Notes under the pieces: generated by a model
What the model was told of the DNA's origin: nothing
What the model saw: the letters and a program-made list of their open reading frames with translations, nothing else
Database searches by the model: none
Shown: positions 45,193 through 55,744 of the stretch, one piece after another
How positions within the stretch are numbered: position 1 is the first letter of the stretch
Layout: every line of letters starts with the position of its first letter
Translations under genes and position numbers: made by a program
NCBI GenBank assembly: GCA_003489345.1
Contig: DNIT01000188.1
Span: 79-64,078 of the forward strand
Direction: 5' to 3'
Origin: Pelotomaculum sp.
GTDB lineage: Bacteria > Bacillota > Desulfotomaculia > Desulfotomaculales > Pelotomaculaceae
DNA: 64,000 nt

Positions 45193-45963
45193 AAAGATGC
45201 GGGTCGGTTCGCTCTTTGCTGGTATTTGATCGGCGGTTTCGACCTTGGCCTCCAGCGTGCTGGCTTTGAGATAGCATGGCAGGTAGAAATTGACCCATTC
45301 TGCCGCCAGGTACTACAGAAACACTGGCCGGACGTGCCAAAGTATGGTGATATACGAGAATTGCGGGGTGATGAGCTTGAGCCAGTTGACCTTATTTGCG
45401 GAGGATTCCCCTGCCAAGATATCAGCGAAGCAAACACAAGCGGTAGAGGTTTGGAAGGTCCTCGGTCTGGGTTGTGGTTTGAGTACGAACGCCTTATTCG
45501 CAAGATTAGACCAAAGTGGGTATTGGTTGAAAATGTTTCAAGGTTGCTCTCAATTAACGATGGACGGGACTTCGGAACCATACTGCGAAACCTGGCCGAA
45601 CTCTGGTATGATGCGGAATGGTCACTGTTATCATCGTGCGCCATGGGTGCCCCACATACACGGGAAAGACTGTTCATTGTGGCACACGCCGACAGCAAAC
45701 GATTGCAAACCGGCTGGGAAGAAAGAATTGGAAATGATGAAAAAATACCTCCAGGGGGGGCGAATACCAAATACATATATTCGCCTACGATCACAATTAG
45801 CCGCAGCAGACAACAGACTAGAGCCACCGAACCCGGAATTCCTAGAGTGGCTGATGGGATTCCCGATAGGATATACAGAAATAGAGCGATAGGTAATGCA
45901 GTTGACCCAGATGTTGCGGAGATAATCGGCAGAATGATAATCGCAGTGGAGGGATTGACATGA
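45185..45963 (+). pseudogene. C5 cytosine methyltransferase alpha chain, frameshifted in motif I
   Basis: MPKKMRVGSLFAGI then TGA at 45227; continues in another frame as IGGFD, GGFPCQ, ENV, PH.RER and GNAV. Removing 5 nt (ATTTG, 45224-45228) restores FAGIGGFD. Confidence 0.8.
45371..45892 (+). CDS. Overlapping alternative-frame beta chain of the methyltransferase (M.EcoHK31I-type)
   Basis: Nested in a shifted frame; QLTLF.EDSPA, WP.SGMMRNG, W.TPTA.D and motif IX-like NPEF.EWLMGFP.GYT. Start is 45371 or 45377. Confidence 0.8.
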   Translation: MSLSQLTLFAEDSPAKISAKQTQAVEVWKVLGLGCGLSTNALFARLDQSGYWLKMFQGCSQLTMDGTSEPYCETWPNSGMMRNGHCYHRAPWVPHIHGKDCSLWHTPTANDCKPAGKKELEMMKKYLQGGRIPNTYIRLRSQLAAADNRLEPPNPEFLEWLMGFPIGYTEIER

Positions 45964-46350
45964 GCCTAAAAGATAAAGACGGTTTTCACCCGGAAGCCAG
46001 AAGCGAGGGCAGAATGGCGAGGTTAAACGGAAAACCGCTAAATATCAATTGGTTCACCGGTTGGTTAGGTGAATCATTCGAGGCCGGCTGGCGTGAGGTG
46101 GATGAAGATCCGGAAGCACCAAAAGCGGATCTAATCACGGAACTACAACCGCTTGAGGAGGGATACCATGCCTAATACCATCGAAGCGGCAAAGCGTAAT
46201 GAACGGGAGCGGATAGCGCAGCTTTTAGCTGATGACCACGAGGAAACAGGTTTTTGCCCACCGGATTGTTGTTGTATGGATTTTGAATACGAGTGTTTTG
46301 ATTGTATCATGAAGTTCTTAGAGCCACCGGAAGAAGGCGAGGAAACTTGA
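45960..46350 (+). CDS. Two small hypothetical proteins (45960-46175, 46168-46350)
   Basis: Coupled ORFs with SD sequences. Confidence 0.55.
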
Positions 46351-46739
46351 CACGCCTGTCCGCCAGTCAACTAAAAAATCTCAACCTTGGCCCAAAGCCG
46401 AACAAATACCACAACCGAAAGGTCACGGTGGACGGCGAAACCTTCGACAGCCAGCGCGAATATGCGGTCTACTGCGAGCTAAAACTCTTACAGCGTGCCG
46501 GGAAAGTGGTCGAGATTGAGCGACAGCCGGAGTTTTTACTCCAGGAGCCGTTTCGTAGGGGCAAAGCGAATTACCCGGCAATCAAATACCGTGCGGATTT
46601 CCGGGTGACTTACCGCGACGGTAGGCAGGAAGTAATCGACGTTAAGTCAACGATCACGGCGCGGAACCGGGAATACCGGATGAAGTTGAAAATGCTGCTG
46701 TATAAGAACCCGGAATTGAATTTTAGGGAAGTGTTTTGA
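46347..46739 (+). CDS. DUF1064 family nuclease (resolvase-like)
   Basis: NKY.N.K...DG..FDS..E, QP.F.L, Y.ADF and IDVK motifs. Confidence 0.85.
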   Translation: MTRLSASQLKNLNLGPKPNKYHNRKVTVDGETFDSQREYAVYCELKLLQRAGKVVEIERQPEFLLQEPFRRGKANYPAIKYRADFRVTYRDGRQEVIDVKSTITARNREYRMKLKMLLYKNPELNFREVF

Positions 46740-46753
46740 AGGAGGCTTAACTA

Positions 46754-48304
46754 ATGCAATACGTTGCAAAATGCGGATTATCCTACTCAAGTGATGACTT
46801 AAAAGCAAAAACCAACGCAAAAGTTATCACCGTAACCATGAAAACAAATAAACCTTTCTTAGGGTACGAAGAACCCGTTACTCCGCCAAAAGAATGTGAC
46901 CCCAAATGCCTTAACCGCAGGAGGACAGGGCGGATTATGCAGTATAACGGCAAGGCGGACTTCCATATCGTGACGGTTTGGAGATGTAAGTTTCACCGGA
47001 AGGAGGCTTAATCGTGGATATTGATACGATGCAGGCTGGACGGGAACTAAATCTGCTTATTGCGGAGAAAATATTCGGTTGGCACTGGGAAGAAGTTGAC
47101 GATATTTCCAAGTGTTATGTTCCCAGTGATAAAAAGATGTTGTGCCCTCCAGGGAAGAATTGGGATAGCCTAGGTTGGCATGTGCCACTTTATTCCACTG
47201 ATATTACGGCGGCCTTTGAAGTGGTTGAGAAGTTGAAACAGCAAGAAATCTGGCTCACAATGGAATATGCAAGGCAACCGGAAAGCAAGGGCATGGTTTG
47301 GACGGCTCATTTTAGAGGAAGAATCAGAAAAAACAAAAACCGTTTTTACGCAGTCTACGGTATAGATGATAATCCTGCTACTGCTATCTGTCGCGCCGCT
47401 TATAAAGCTGTGACCGCCCCATGAGCCGCCGCAAGAAGCGCAGGCCGCAGGATGTGACCGAACTCGCCGCCGGGTACTGTAGCTACCACGACGAAAGCAT
47501 GAGTTACGGCGACATCTGCCGCAAGAGATGCATGGATCCGGTTAAGCAGTGTAGGTATGGCAACAGCAATGGGCAGTGTCGGCATTTGCACAAGGTGAAG
47601 TTGCACCCGGTGTGGGATATTTTGGAGGCGATACCGTGAAGGAGGGTGAGCGGTGGATAAAGCTAAATCATGGGCGATAAGTATACTCATGGCTTATCTG
47701 ATTATATCATCAGTTGCTTATATTATGAATAAGCCAGAGTATGGCAGAATAGAGCAACTCCAAACCGAAATCAAGCAACTAAAGACGCAGGTTGATACGC
47801 TGAACGCGAAAGTTACAGAAAACGATAAGATTGTGAATAGGTGGATAGAGGTGGAGGTGAGGTAGGGTGGAACGCACGATAGTTGACTTAAATATATGAC
47901 ATTCTTGAGGCTGCAGGATTTTTTGAACTACTAGAGGCGGCAGAAAAAATTCAAAAGGAACTTGATAGTGTCTGCCTTGGAGCCAATAAAGATTGCGATA
48001 GTTGCACAGATATGGAATGCGCCGAGTTGCATGAGGCTATCAAGAAAGTGGCAGGGGTGGGGAAATGGGTGAAAACACTAAATTACGGGAAATAATTGAT
48101 TTCTTTGAACAAGAACAGGGATACGACAAGGATGAAGTTATATCCGAAATATTGGGCGAAATAAAAGGGCTAAAAGGGTATGACGCTGACGAAATCGGGC
48201 TTGAATGGGACGGGGAAGAGATAATGATTCTAGATGATTTTGTGCAAGAATTTTACGCCAAGCTTATTGAAAAAGTGTGCAATGTTATAAAAAGTTTTAA
48301 ATAA
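46754..48304 (+). CDS. Run of small hypothetical genes (46754-47011, 47014-47424 ABA-sandwich-like, 47421-47639, 47653-47865, 48065-48304)
   Basis: Tandem + strand ORFs; 47014 has GREL...IAE, YSTDI.AA..VVEK and AIC.AA motifs. Confidence 0.6.
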
Positions 48305-48660
48305 GGCGCCCATCGACGTCGGAAAAATCAGTACATGAAGGGACTGGGTAAAATGTAACCGCCAGCGAAGTACCTCACAACAACTTAATCCACAAGCAGG
48401 GTATGAATCTACGCAAAGGCGGTGATGCCTATCGACCCTGGCGGATGCAGGACAACATAATATAGTACGAGCCGAGCAAGCACCACGTTTTGGGGTATCG
48501 CCTCCGTTGACGTTACGGAGTGCCTAGGGCGATGGCAAGTAAGATTTTCAGTAATAGGCAGTAGGCGCTAAGTTAAGCTAGATGTGTCGCAGCATCGGCC
48601 CTCGCCGTCTGAGTTAGGGCGGGCGGCGAGGGAGTACATAAAAACGAAGGAGGACGGATC

Positions 48661-49895
48661 ATGAAGGTTATATTATTAGTTTTGTTAATATGGATGTTAT
48701 CATCTAACATTAAAAGCCTTTTTAGAGCCACCACCATAAAATTTGAAGAAGTGGCCGAGAAAGATGGGAAAACGATTGATAAAGTAAAAAGCGATTGTTG
48801 TATGGCGATATTGATCACACTTTTTCTGGTGATAGGTGTTTATCTGTGGATTGCGGCGGCTATTGATACGCCATTAATCATATTAGGTGCGGCAATAGCG
48901 GTGCTTATTGATTTTCGTGGAGTGTTTAAATCGATCAAGATGATTAAAGACGGCTTATTCATTAGTAAGCCTGAAATATTTGATGTTTATGGAGTTGTCT
49001 TTAAAGGGTATGCGTTATATCTATTACTGGGGAAAATGTTTGGGTGGAAAGTATGGTCAATTTAGAGGAGGATGCGGATGAAGAAGTTTCTCTTGTATAT
49101 AATCCGGTGGCAGTTATCGACGCCGATTCTGGCGGTTGTAACCGGATGGATGGCATGGATGGGCTACTGGTGGGCTGCTGCAGTGGCTAATCTTGTTGGC
49201 GCGTGTATATTCTTCTGGGTGGACAGGTGGATATTTTGTAAAGAGAGGGGATGAGGTGGTTGATCTCGATTGAGAAAGCGAAGGCGCTGAAAGATGCTGG
49301 ATTACGGTGGGTTGCCAAAGGGGGAGATTGTTATTTTTATGCCAATGGCGAATTTACCGGGGATTTTATTATAAAAAGCGATCCAGGTGAACCGGTAGTA
49401 CGCCAGATGGATTGTCAAATATGGCTGCCGCGGCTTGACCAATTATTGACGGAGATTGAAAAGCGGAGGTATCGCGGAATGTGGTCAGCAGGGAAGTGTC
49501 ACGACGGCAAATACTTTGTATGTCTATACCCGGTTAAATTATTCCATGGCGACACTCCAGAAGATGTCGTTGCGGATGCGCTGTTGTGGATTCTGAGACA
49601 GGAAAGGAAGTGAAAATACATGATTACCGTGAAAGAACTGATTGAAAAACTTCGTAAATTCCCAGACGAAGCAGCTGTTATGGTGGTTTACCTCGCTGAG
49701 ACCGACGGAAAGCTTAAAGAGGGTGACGGGGATGCGGTCCATATATCCTTTGTATCTGACGGGTCTTACGTCGATGGACACAAAGAGCCAACCCTGCATA
49801 TTTCTCTGTTCGAGGAAGAAGCGTGGGAAGAAATCGACTTGATGGAGAACGGTATGGAGCGAAGAAGAAAACATGGGATGCGTGCGGTGAAGTAA
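48661..49895 (+). CDS. Four hypothetical genes (48661-49065 and 49072-49254 membrane proteins, 49251-49613, 49620-49895)
   Basis: SD sequences and coupling; hydrophobic segments in the first two. Confidence 0.6.
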
Positions 49896-49985
49896 AAAAA
49901 TAAACCCCGTCACCGGGGCATAGTCAATAGCTCAAACACAGTATACCAGACTGTAGAAACTATGTCTACGGGGAGGGCGGGGGAA

Positions 49986-50537
49986 TTGAAGAAGATATCT
50001 TTTGGGGTCGAAGATGGGGCACTCTACAAGCGGACAGAGGCACTTTTACGAGAATATAATTCCATGCAGGCCAGGGTTAAGAATCTTGAAATAGACCTGG
50101 CTAACCTTGCGCCGGAAGGGGTATTTGAGGAACAGGAGGAAACAATCGAGGGGTTGGCCTTCCGGCGCTGCGGGGAGGAAGGTATGCCTCAGGGAAGCGG
50201 GGAAACCAGTGACAGGACTGCATCGGTGGCCTTGAAATGGCGCAAGGAACACGGTATTGTAACACATGAAATGTGGCGACTATTTGTAGGAGACAAGTTC
50301 AATCTGGAGCATGAAAAAAGGCTAACTGAGGGGTTGCTTCGGAAAATAGACAATGCTATTGATTCATTGTCGGAAGATGAACAGTTGATTATACGCGGCT
50401 TCTACATTGATCAAAAGCCTTGGTATGACATAACCCATGAGGTTCAATATGTTGAACGGCACTGTAAACGTCTACGGACAAGGGCGATTTGGTATATGAG
50501 TAAGAGTATATTTGGAGTTGGGAGAGTAAGGGAATAG
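49986..50537 (+). CDS. ArpU/RinA-family late transcriptional activator
   Basis: E..L..Y start; ID.AI..L...E..II...YI....W C-terminal sigma4-like HTH; last gene before the packaging region. Confidence 0.8.
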   Translation: MKKISFGVEDGALYKRTEALLREYNSMQARVKNLEIDLANLAPEGVFEEQEETIEGLAFRRCGEEGMPQGSGETSDRTASVALKWRKEHGIVTHEMWRLFVGDKFNLEHEKRLTEGLLRKIDNAIDSLSEDEQLIIRGFYIDQKPWYDITHEVQYVERHCKRLRTRAIWYMSKSIFGVGRVRE

Positions 50538-50595
50538 AATGTCCTCTTTTTGTCCTTTTACACTATAAAAACGACAGGTATTATTATAATTAGAG
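50538..50595 (+). promoter_or_regulatory. Putative late-activator site and promoter 1
   Basis: AATGTCCTCTTTTTGTCC (TGTCC twice, 11 bp apart) right after the activator stop, with a -10-like TATTAT/TATAAT downstream. Confidence 0.55.
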
Positions 50596-50643
50596 AAGCG
50601 TCCAGGTGGGCGCTTTTACTATTTTACGGAGGTATTTAATCTT

Positions 50644-51201
50644 ATGGAAACGAGTCTTTGTTTAACGTGCTCAAATGCTATTCCTCAGCTATGTCGGTGG
50701 ATTAATTGCGGCCAAAAAGATAATGATATGATCTTTAGTAAACCAGTTGGTAAAATGAATACGATTGCCATTATTGGTTGTGCAAGATACAATAAAGGCA
50801 GATTGCCAGCCGTTAAGCTTGATACTGAGCAATCTAAGAAGATAGCCGCCTTGATAATCGTAACAGCGATAAAAGACTTGAGTTTATTATGCCATAAAGT
50901 TTTAAAAATACGCGAATTGTGCAACAAGGGGGAATTGTTTGCAACAATCAAAAAAGACAAAGAGAAAGATAAGATGTATCTTTATCCACTTAAAAATAGT
51001 GACGATAAGAAGTTGACTTACTTTTTTAGGGAAAATAATCATTGGCTTGCAGAACTTATGGACTACTGTGATATATCTGTATTACCGGGAGACGTGAAGA
51101 AGCAGTTAAAAGAAGTGCTGAGATATGAGAAATACTGTTCAAGGTGTGTTAGGATTTATGAAGGCATGGCAAGTAGAGAGATTAAAGACCGGGTTTTATA
51201 A
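50644..51201 (+). CDS. Hypothetical Cys-containing protein
   Basis: SD GGAGGT; C..C.....C.W start; AT-rich. Confidence 0.65.
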   Translation: METSLCLTCSNAIPQLCRWINCGQKDNDMIFSKPVGKMNTIAIIGCARYNKGRLPAVKLDTEQSKKIAALIIVTAIKDLSLLCHKVLKIRELCNKGELFATIKKDKEKDKMYLYPLKNSDDKKLTYFFRENNHWLAELMDYCDISVLPGDVKKQLKEVLRYEKYCSRCVRIYEGMASREIKDRVL

Positions 51202-51260
51202 TGTCCTGTTTTTGTCCCGTTTGGACTATAGATGTGGCATATAAGAGATGTTATAGTTAT
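51200..51260 (+). promoter_or_regulatory. Putative late-activator site and promoter 2
   Basis: AATGTCCTGTTTTTGTCC, 17 of 18 nt identical to site 1; TGTTATAGT downstream. Confidence 0.55.
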
Positions 51261-51516
51261 ACTCAGAAGAAAAGCAAAGCCAGTCCTGCCAAGCGGTGGG
51301 GCTATATTTATGCGGGAGATGGTTCCTATGTCGCCTAACGATATGCTCCGGGCTCTTGCCGACATATGGGCCACCTGCGTTATTGATTACCCCGAAGCTG
51401 ATCATGCGGAGATTTTGAGGCACATAGAGGCGCTGCAGGGGATTGTGTTTGGGCTGGATAAATGAAACTGGAGCAGGAAAAGCCTTCTTTTTGCCGAAGT
51501 ATAAGGCGGGAGGGGG

Positions 51517-51786
51517 GTGGTGATTATTATAATAAAAGATATTGATTTTGATTTTCAAGAATTTGATAATGCAGTTAGAGACGCTATAAAAATGAAAAAT
51601 AGACATTTAGAAGACATATTTCAGAGGTTTGAAAAGGTTCAGACTAAGGTTAAACAGCAACTGGAAGAATTAAAAAATAATGACCCTAACAAAAATAAAG
51701 TTCTATATCTTACAGGAGTTGTCGATGGGATAAATCTTATTGTGGAACCATTTAGAAGGTGCAAAGAAGAAATAGATAAATTATAG
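51517..51786 (+). CDS. Hypothetical protein
   Basis: G-rich SD; followed by the terminator AGAGCC-TTCG-GGCTCT-TTT. Confidence 0.55.
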   Translation: MVIIIIKDIDFDFQEFDNAVRDAIKMKNRHLEDIFQRFEKVQTKVKQQLEELKNNDPNKNKVLYLTGVVDGINLIVEPFRRCKEEIDKL

Positions 51787-51842
51787 AGCCTTCGGGCTCT
51801 TTTCTTTTCGCGCCAACAGCATAATCAAGGCAGGTGGAGGTG

Positions 51843-52949
51843 ATGGGCCGCACAGCAAAGCACAACTGGCAAAAGCTCTTCCTGGAGTATAACCAGGGTA
51901 GATATAAAAACGTGGCTGAGTTTGCGAAGAAGAAGGGCATCTATGCTGATAGGATGCGTAAAGAGTTCCGTAAACTGGAAACTGAAGCAAGTCAAGAGCA
52001 AGTCAAAATAAGTCCCAAAAATGAGTCAAAACAAGTCAAAAAAACCGGCTCAAAAAAGCGGACGAGTCAAAAACAAGTCAATAAGTTGCATCCATGGGAA
52101 TATCTCAAACAGCAATTCACCGACTGGCCTGAAGAAAAGCTTCAGGCTTATTTGTTACAGCTGGAGGCCCGCCTGACCGAACTAAACGCCGTCCCTTTCG
52201 AGGACCTCACCCCGGCCGAAGCAAAAGAACTCGGCCAACTCCGCCGTGAGCGCCGGGCTATCCTCTCCGACCCGGTTCCAGAGGTGATATGCTCTGCCCG
52301 CCGCCACGACGGCAGCCCGTGCGGGAACCCGGTAGAGCGCGGCAAGCGGGTGTGTTGGAACCACGGGGGAGCGCCGGGAAGCGGGCCACCGAAAGGATCG
52401 AAAAACGCTCTAAAACATGGCGCGTATGAAACCATTTGGCTTGATCAGCTTGATGATGACGAAAAGAAACTGATAACTCAGGTTCCCCATGATGAAATAG
52501 ATGCGCTGCAGCAGGATATAGACCTTCTTACAATCAGGTCGCGCCGGATGATGGCGAGAATAGCCAAGTTAACCGGTGAGGATTTCACGGTAGTAAAAAT
52601 TAAATACGAAAAAGGGGTAGGTCCACAGGGGCCGGTTGATAAGGTTAACAAGGAGTTTGATGCAACACTTGGACAGGTACAGGCAATTGAAAGGGAGTTA
52701 ACAAAGGTTCAAGAAAAAAGAATTAAAGCTACGGAAGTACTGTATAAGCTAAAAACAGAGCACGCTATGAAACTGGATAAGCTGAAGCAGGATATGGAGA
52801 TTGACCGGGAACGTCTTAAATTGGAGAAAGCAAAATCTGCTGAAGCACAACCGGAAGCCAAGGACGATGGTTTCATTGAGGCGTTAAAGGCAGAGGCTGC
52901 GAACGTGTGGGCAGATGAAACCGACGAGGCCGGTGGTACCGATGGCTGA
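51843..52949 (+). CDS. Terminase small subunit
   Basis: C..HGG...G.PKG.KNALKHG.YE motif; directly upstream of the large subunit. Confidence 0.85.
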   Translation: MGRTAKHNWQKLFLEYNQGRYKNVAEFAKKKGIYADRMRKEFRKLETEASQEQVKISPKNESKQVKKTGSKKRTSQKQVNKLHPWEYLKQQFTDWPEEKLQAYLLQLEARLTELNAVPFEDLTPAEAKELGQLRRERRAILSDPVPEVICSARRHDGSPCGNPVERGKRVCWNHGGAPGSGPPKGSKNALKHGAYETIWLDQLDDDEKKLITQVPHDEIDALQQDIDLLTIRSRRMMARIAKLTGEDFTVVKIKYEKGVGPQGPVDKVNKEFDATLGQVQAIERELTKVQEKRIKATEVLYKLKTEHAMKLDKLKQDMEIDRERLKLEKAKSAEAQPEAKDDGFIEALKAEAANVWADETDEAGGTDG

Positions 52950-54243
52950 GTCGATCAGAAAAGCAATTTATAATGCGATTATATACTTTGTCGCGTTTTC
53001 CCTTAAGCAGAAAAAGATCCTCACTTGGTGGACGCCAGACAGTCCCTATCGAGACTATAACGGCATAATTGCCGACGGAGCTATCCGGGCCGGGAAAACG
53101 GTCCCTATGGCAATGTCCTTTGTCTTTTGGGCAATGGACACATTTGAGAGTCAAAACTTCGGCATGTGTGGCAAGTCCATCGGAGCATTCAAACGAAACG
53201 TATGGGTTTGGCTTAAACCGGTTCTTTTAATACGTGGCTACAAAATAAAAAAGAGACCTGATATTTCCGAAAATTGCTTTGAGTTCTCACGCCAGGAGAA
53301 AAGCAATTTTTTTCATATATTCGGGGGTAAGGACGAACGCAGCCAAGACTTAATCCAAGGCATCACCCTAGCTGGGATATACTTCGACGAAGTTGCTTTA
53401 ATGCCGGAAAGCTTCGTCAACCAGGGCACCGGCCGGTGCAGCGTGGAAGGTGCTAAGCTTTGGTTTAACTGTAACCCAGACAGTCCGTTGCATTGGTTCA
53501 AAGTTAATTGGCTGGATAATGCTGCTGAATTAAAGTTGCTCCACTTGCATTTTGTCATGGACGATAACCCCAGCTTGAGTGAAAAGACTAAGGAGAATTA
53601 CCGCCGGAGATATATAGGCGTATTCTTTAAACGCTTTGTTTTGGGCCTCTGGGTTATAGCAGAGGGTGCTATATACGATATGTGGAGTGACGAGGAAAAC
53701 CTGTTCAATGACGAGACGCAGCCGCCGGCGCTAAAATACACAGGGCGGCGCACTATTGCGGTGGACTACGGCACGAGTAATCCGATGGTGTTCCTTGATC
53801 TATGGGATGATGGAAAGACCGTTTGGCAGGTCAACGAGTATTACTATGACAGCAAAAGCAGAGATAGCGGTGTTCAGAAAACGGATTCACAGTACGCTGA
53901 TGACCTGGAAGCCTTTATTGGCGAAGATATCCCTGATGAGATTATTCTTGACCCGTCTGCCGCTAGTTTCAAGGCGGAATTGCGCCAAAGAGGCTATCGG
54001 GTGAAAGATGCCGACAACGAAGTGTTGGACGGAATTCGTATGACGGCGACAATGATAGGGCGCAAGTTGTACCGGGTGCATGAAAGGTGTATCCACACCA
54101 GGCAAGAAATCACGTCCTATGTCTGGGATGAAAAAGCGCGCCTGCGCGGGGTGGAGCAACCGTTAAAGGTTAAAGATCACTGCCCGGACGCTTTACGGTA
54201 TTTCGTGAAAACGAAGATTAAGCCTAGAAGATTGGCAGCATAG
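52942..54243 (+). CDS. Terminase large subunit (PBSX-like)
   Basis: DGAIRAGKT, IQG.TLAG.YFDE, NCNP, VDYG, DPSA and DH..DALRY motifs. Confidence 0.95.
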   Translation: MAESIRKAIYNAIIYFVAFSLKQKKILTWWTPDSPYRDYNGIIADGAIRAGKTVPMAMSFVFWAMDTFESQNFGMCGKSIGAFKRNVWVWLKPVLLIRGYKIKKRPDISENCFEFSRQEKSNFFHIFGGKDERSQDLIQGITLAGIYFDEVALMPESFVNQGTGRCSVEGAKLWFNCNPDSPLHWFKVNWLDNAAELKLLHLHFVMDDNPSLSEKTKENYRRRYIGVFFKRFVLGLWVIAEGAIYDMWSDEENLFNDETQPPALKYTGRRTIAVDYGTSNPMVFLDLWDDGKTVWQVNEYYYDSKSRDSGVQKTDSQYADDLEAFIGEDIPDEIILDPSAASFKAELRQRGYRVKDADNEVLDGIRMTATMIGRKLYRVHERCIHTRQEITSYVWDEKARLRGVEQPLKVKDHCPDALRYFVKTKIKPRRLAA

Positions 54244-54292
54244 CAACCGGCACCTGTCTTTGCCGGTAATTTTATTTTAAGCAGGTGACCCT

Positions 54293-55744
54293 ATGAGCAG
54301 AAGCAGCGCAAAAATGAAAAAACAAACAGCGTCGCAGCAGAAAACAACACCTCCGGGTCTGACCATGGACGCTTTTCAGAACGTGCTTGCCCGTCTCGGT
54401 TGGGGTACGCCGAACATGTTAGAGGCGACAGAATATCCCCTGACCAGACTTACCAAGAACTACACGCTGATGAACAGCCTCTACCGGTCACATTGGATTA
54501 TCAGACGGATAATCGACATTATTCCGGAAGATATGTGCAAAAACTGGTACCAAATAAGCAGTCAGCTGCCGCCGGAATATGTTGACCGCATTGCAAAGCT
54601 GGAACGGAAAACGTCTATAAAATCAAAAATACTCCAAGGGCTCAAATGGGGTCGCCTTTACGGCGGGGCAGGTGCGGTTATAGTCGTTGATGGGCATGAA
54701 AACAACCTGGAGGAACCGCTTGATTATGACACGATTTTCCCGGGAAGCTTCAAGGGCCTCTTGGTTGTAGACCGCTGGTCTGGCATTAGTCCGGGAACGG
54801 GACTCGTGACTGATATCAACGATCCAGACTTCGGCCTGCCGGATTCATACCAGATCACAAACAACGCCTCGCACAACATAATAAACGTCCATCACAGCAG
54901 GATTATACGATTTATCGGGCGTGACCTTCCCTTTTGGGAAAAGCAATCTGAGGTTTATTGGGGAGCATCGGAGATAGAACACGTTTACGATGAACTGAAA
55001 AAACGGGACAATACGTCGCTGAATATCGCAAACCTCGTATTCAGAGCCAATCTAAACGTACTGAAAATGGAAGGACTTGGAGAAGTCCTAACCGTTGGAA
55101 ACGATAAACTGCGGCAGGATCTGTACAATACGATCCAGGCCCAAAACTGGCTTCTGAATAATTTCAGCATGTACCTTATCGGCGACAAAGACGACTTTCA
55201 GTCAAAGCAATACGCTTTTTCCGGGCTCAAGGATGTGTACGAATGCTTTATGATGGATGTGGCCGGGGCGGCTGAAATCCCAGTGACGAAACTCTTCGGG
55301 CGAAGTCCGGCGGGCCTGAACGCTACCGGTGAAAGCGATATGCAAAACTACTATGATGCCATAGAACAGAGACAGGAATCAGATTTACGACCGGCGCTGG
55401 ATAAACTGCTGCCGGTCATTTTTATGAGCGAGTTGGGCGCTATCCCGGATGACTTTGATTACCGTTTCAATCCGGTGCGGCGTCCTACGGATACCGAAAA
55501 GTCAGACCTGGCGGGCAAACGAACCGAATCGGTCATTGAGGCTTTTAACGCCGGTTTAATCGGCCGCAAGACGGCGCTCAAGGAACTTCGGCAGATGGAA
55601 GATACAACCGGCATGTGGTCAAATATTACGGACGAGGTTATTGAAAACGCCGATGACGAACCGCAAGCGGCCGGTGAGGATATAACCAATCCGGGATTCC
55701 TGGGAGGGTTGATCGATGGCGGTACGCAACCTGTGGGAACCTAG
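54293..55744 (+). CDS. Portal protein (DUF1073-like)
   Basis: LYR..W...RIID..PEDM, HHSR, AGA.EIP.TKLFG.SP.GLNATGESD..NYYD motifs. Confidence 0.92.
   Translation: MSRSSAKMKKQTASQQKTTPPGLTMDAFQNVLARLGWGTPNMLEATEYPLTRLTKNYTLMNSLYRSHWIIRRIIDIIPEDMCKNWYQISSQLPPEYVDRIAKLERKTSIKSKILQGLKWGRLYGGAGAVIVVDGHENNLEEPLDYDTIFPGSFKGLLVVDRWSGISPGTGLVTDINDPDFGLPDSYQITNNASHNIINVHHSRIIRFIGRDLPFWEKQSEVYWGASEIEHVYDELKKRDNTSLNIANLVFRANLNVLKMEGLGEVLTVGNDKLRQDLYNTIQAQNWLLNNFSMYLIGDKDDFQSKQYAFSGLKDVYECFMMDVAGAAEIPVTKLFGRSPAGLNATGESDMQNYYDAIEQRQESDLRPALDKLLPVIFMSELGAIPDDFDYRFNPVRRPTDTEKSDLAGKRTESVIEAFNAGLIGRKTALKELRQMEDTTGMWSNITDEVIENADDEPQAAGEDITNPGFLGGLIDGGTQPVGT

Noticed and set aside
54293-55744. Anti-CBASS Acb1 label sometimes attached to DUF1073 proteins
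   Set aside because: Size, motifs and position after the large terminase indicate a portal protein.
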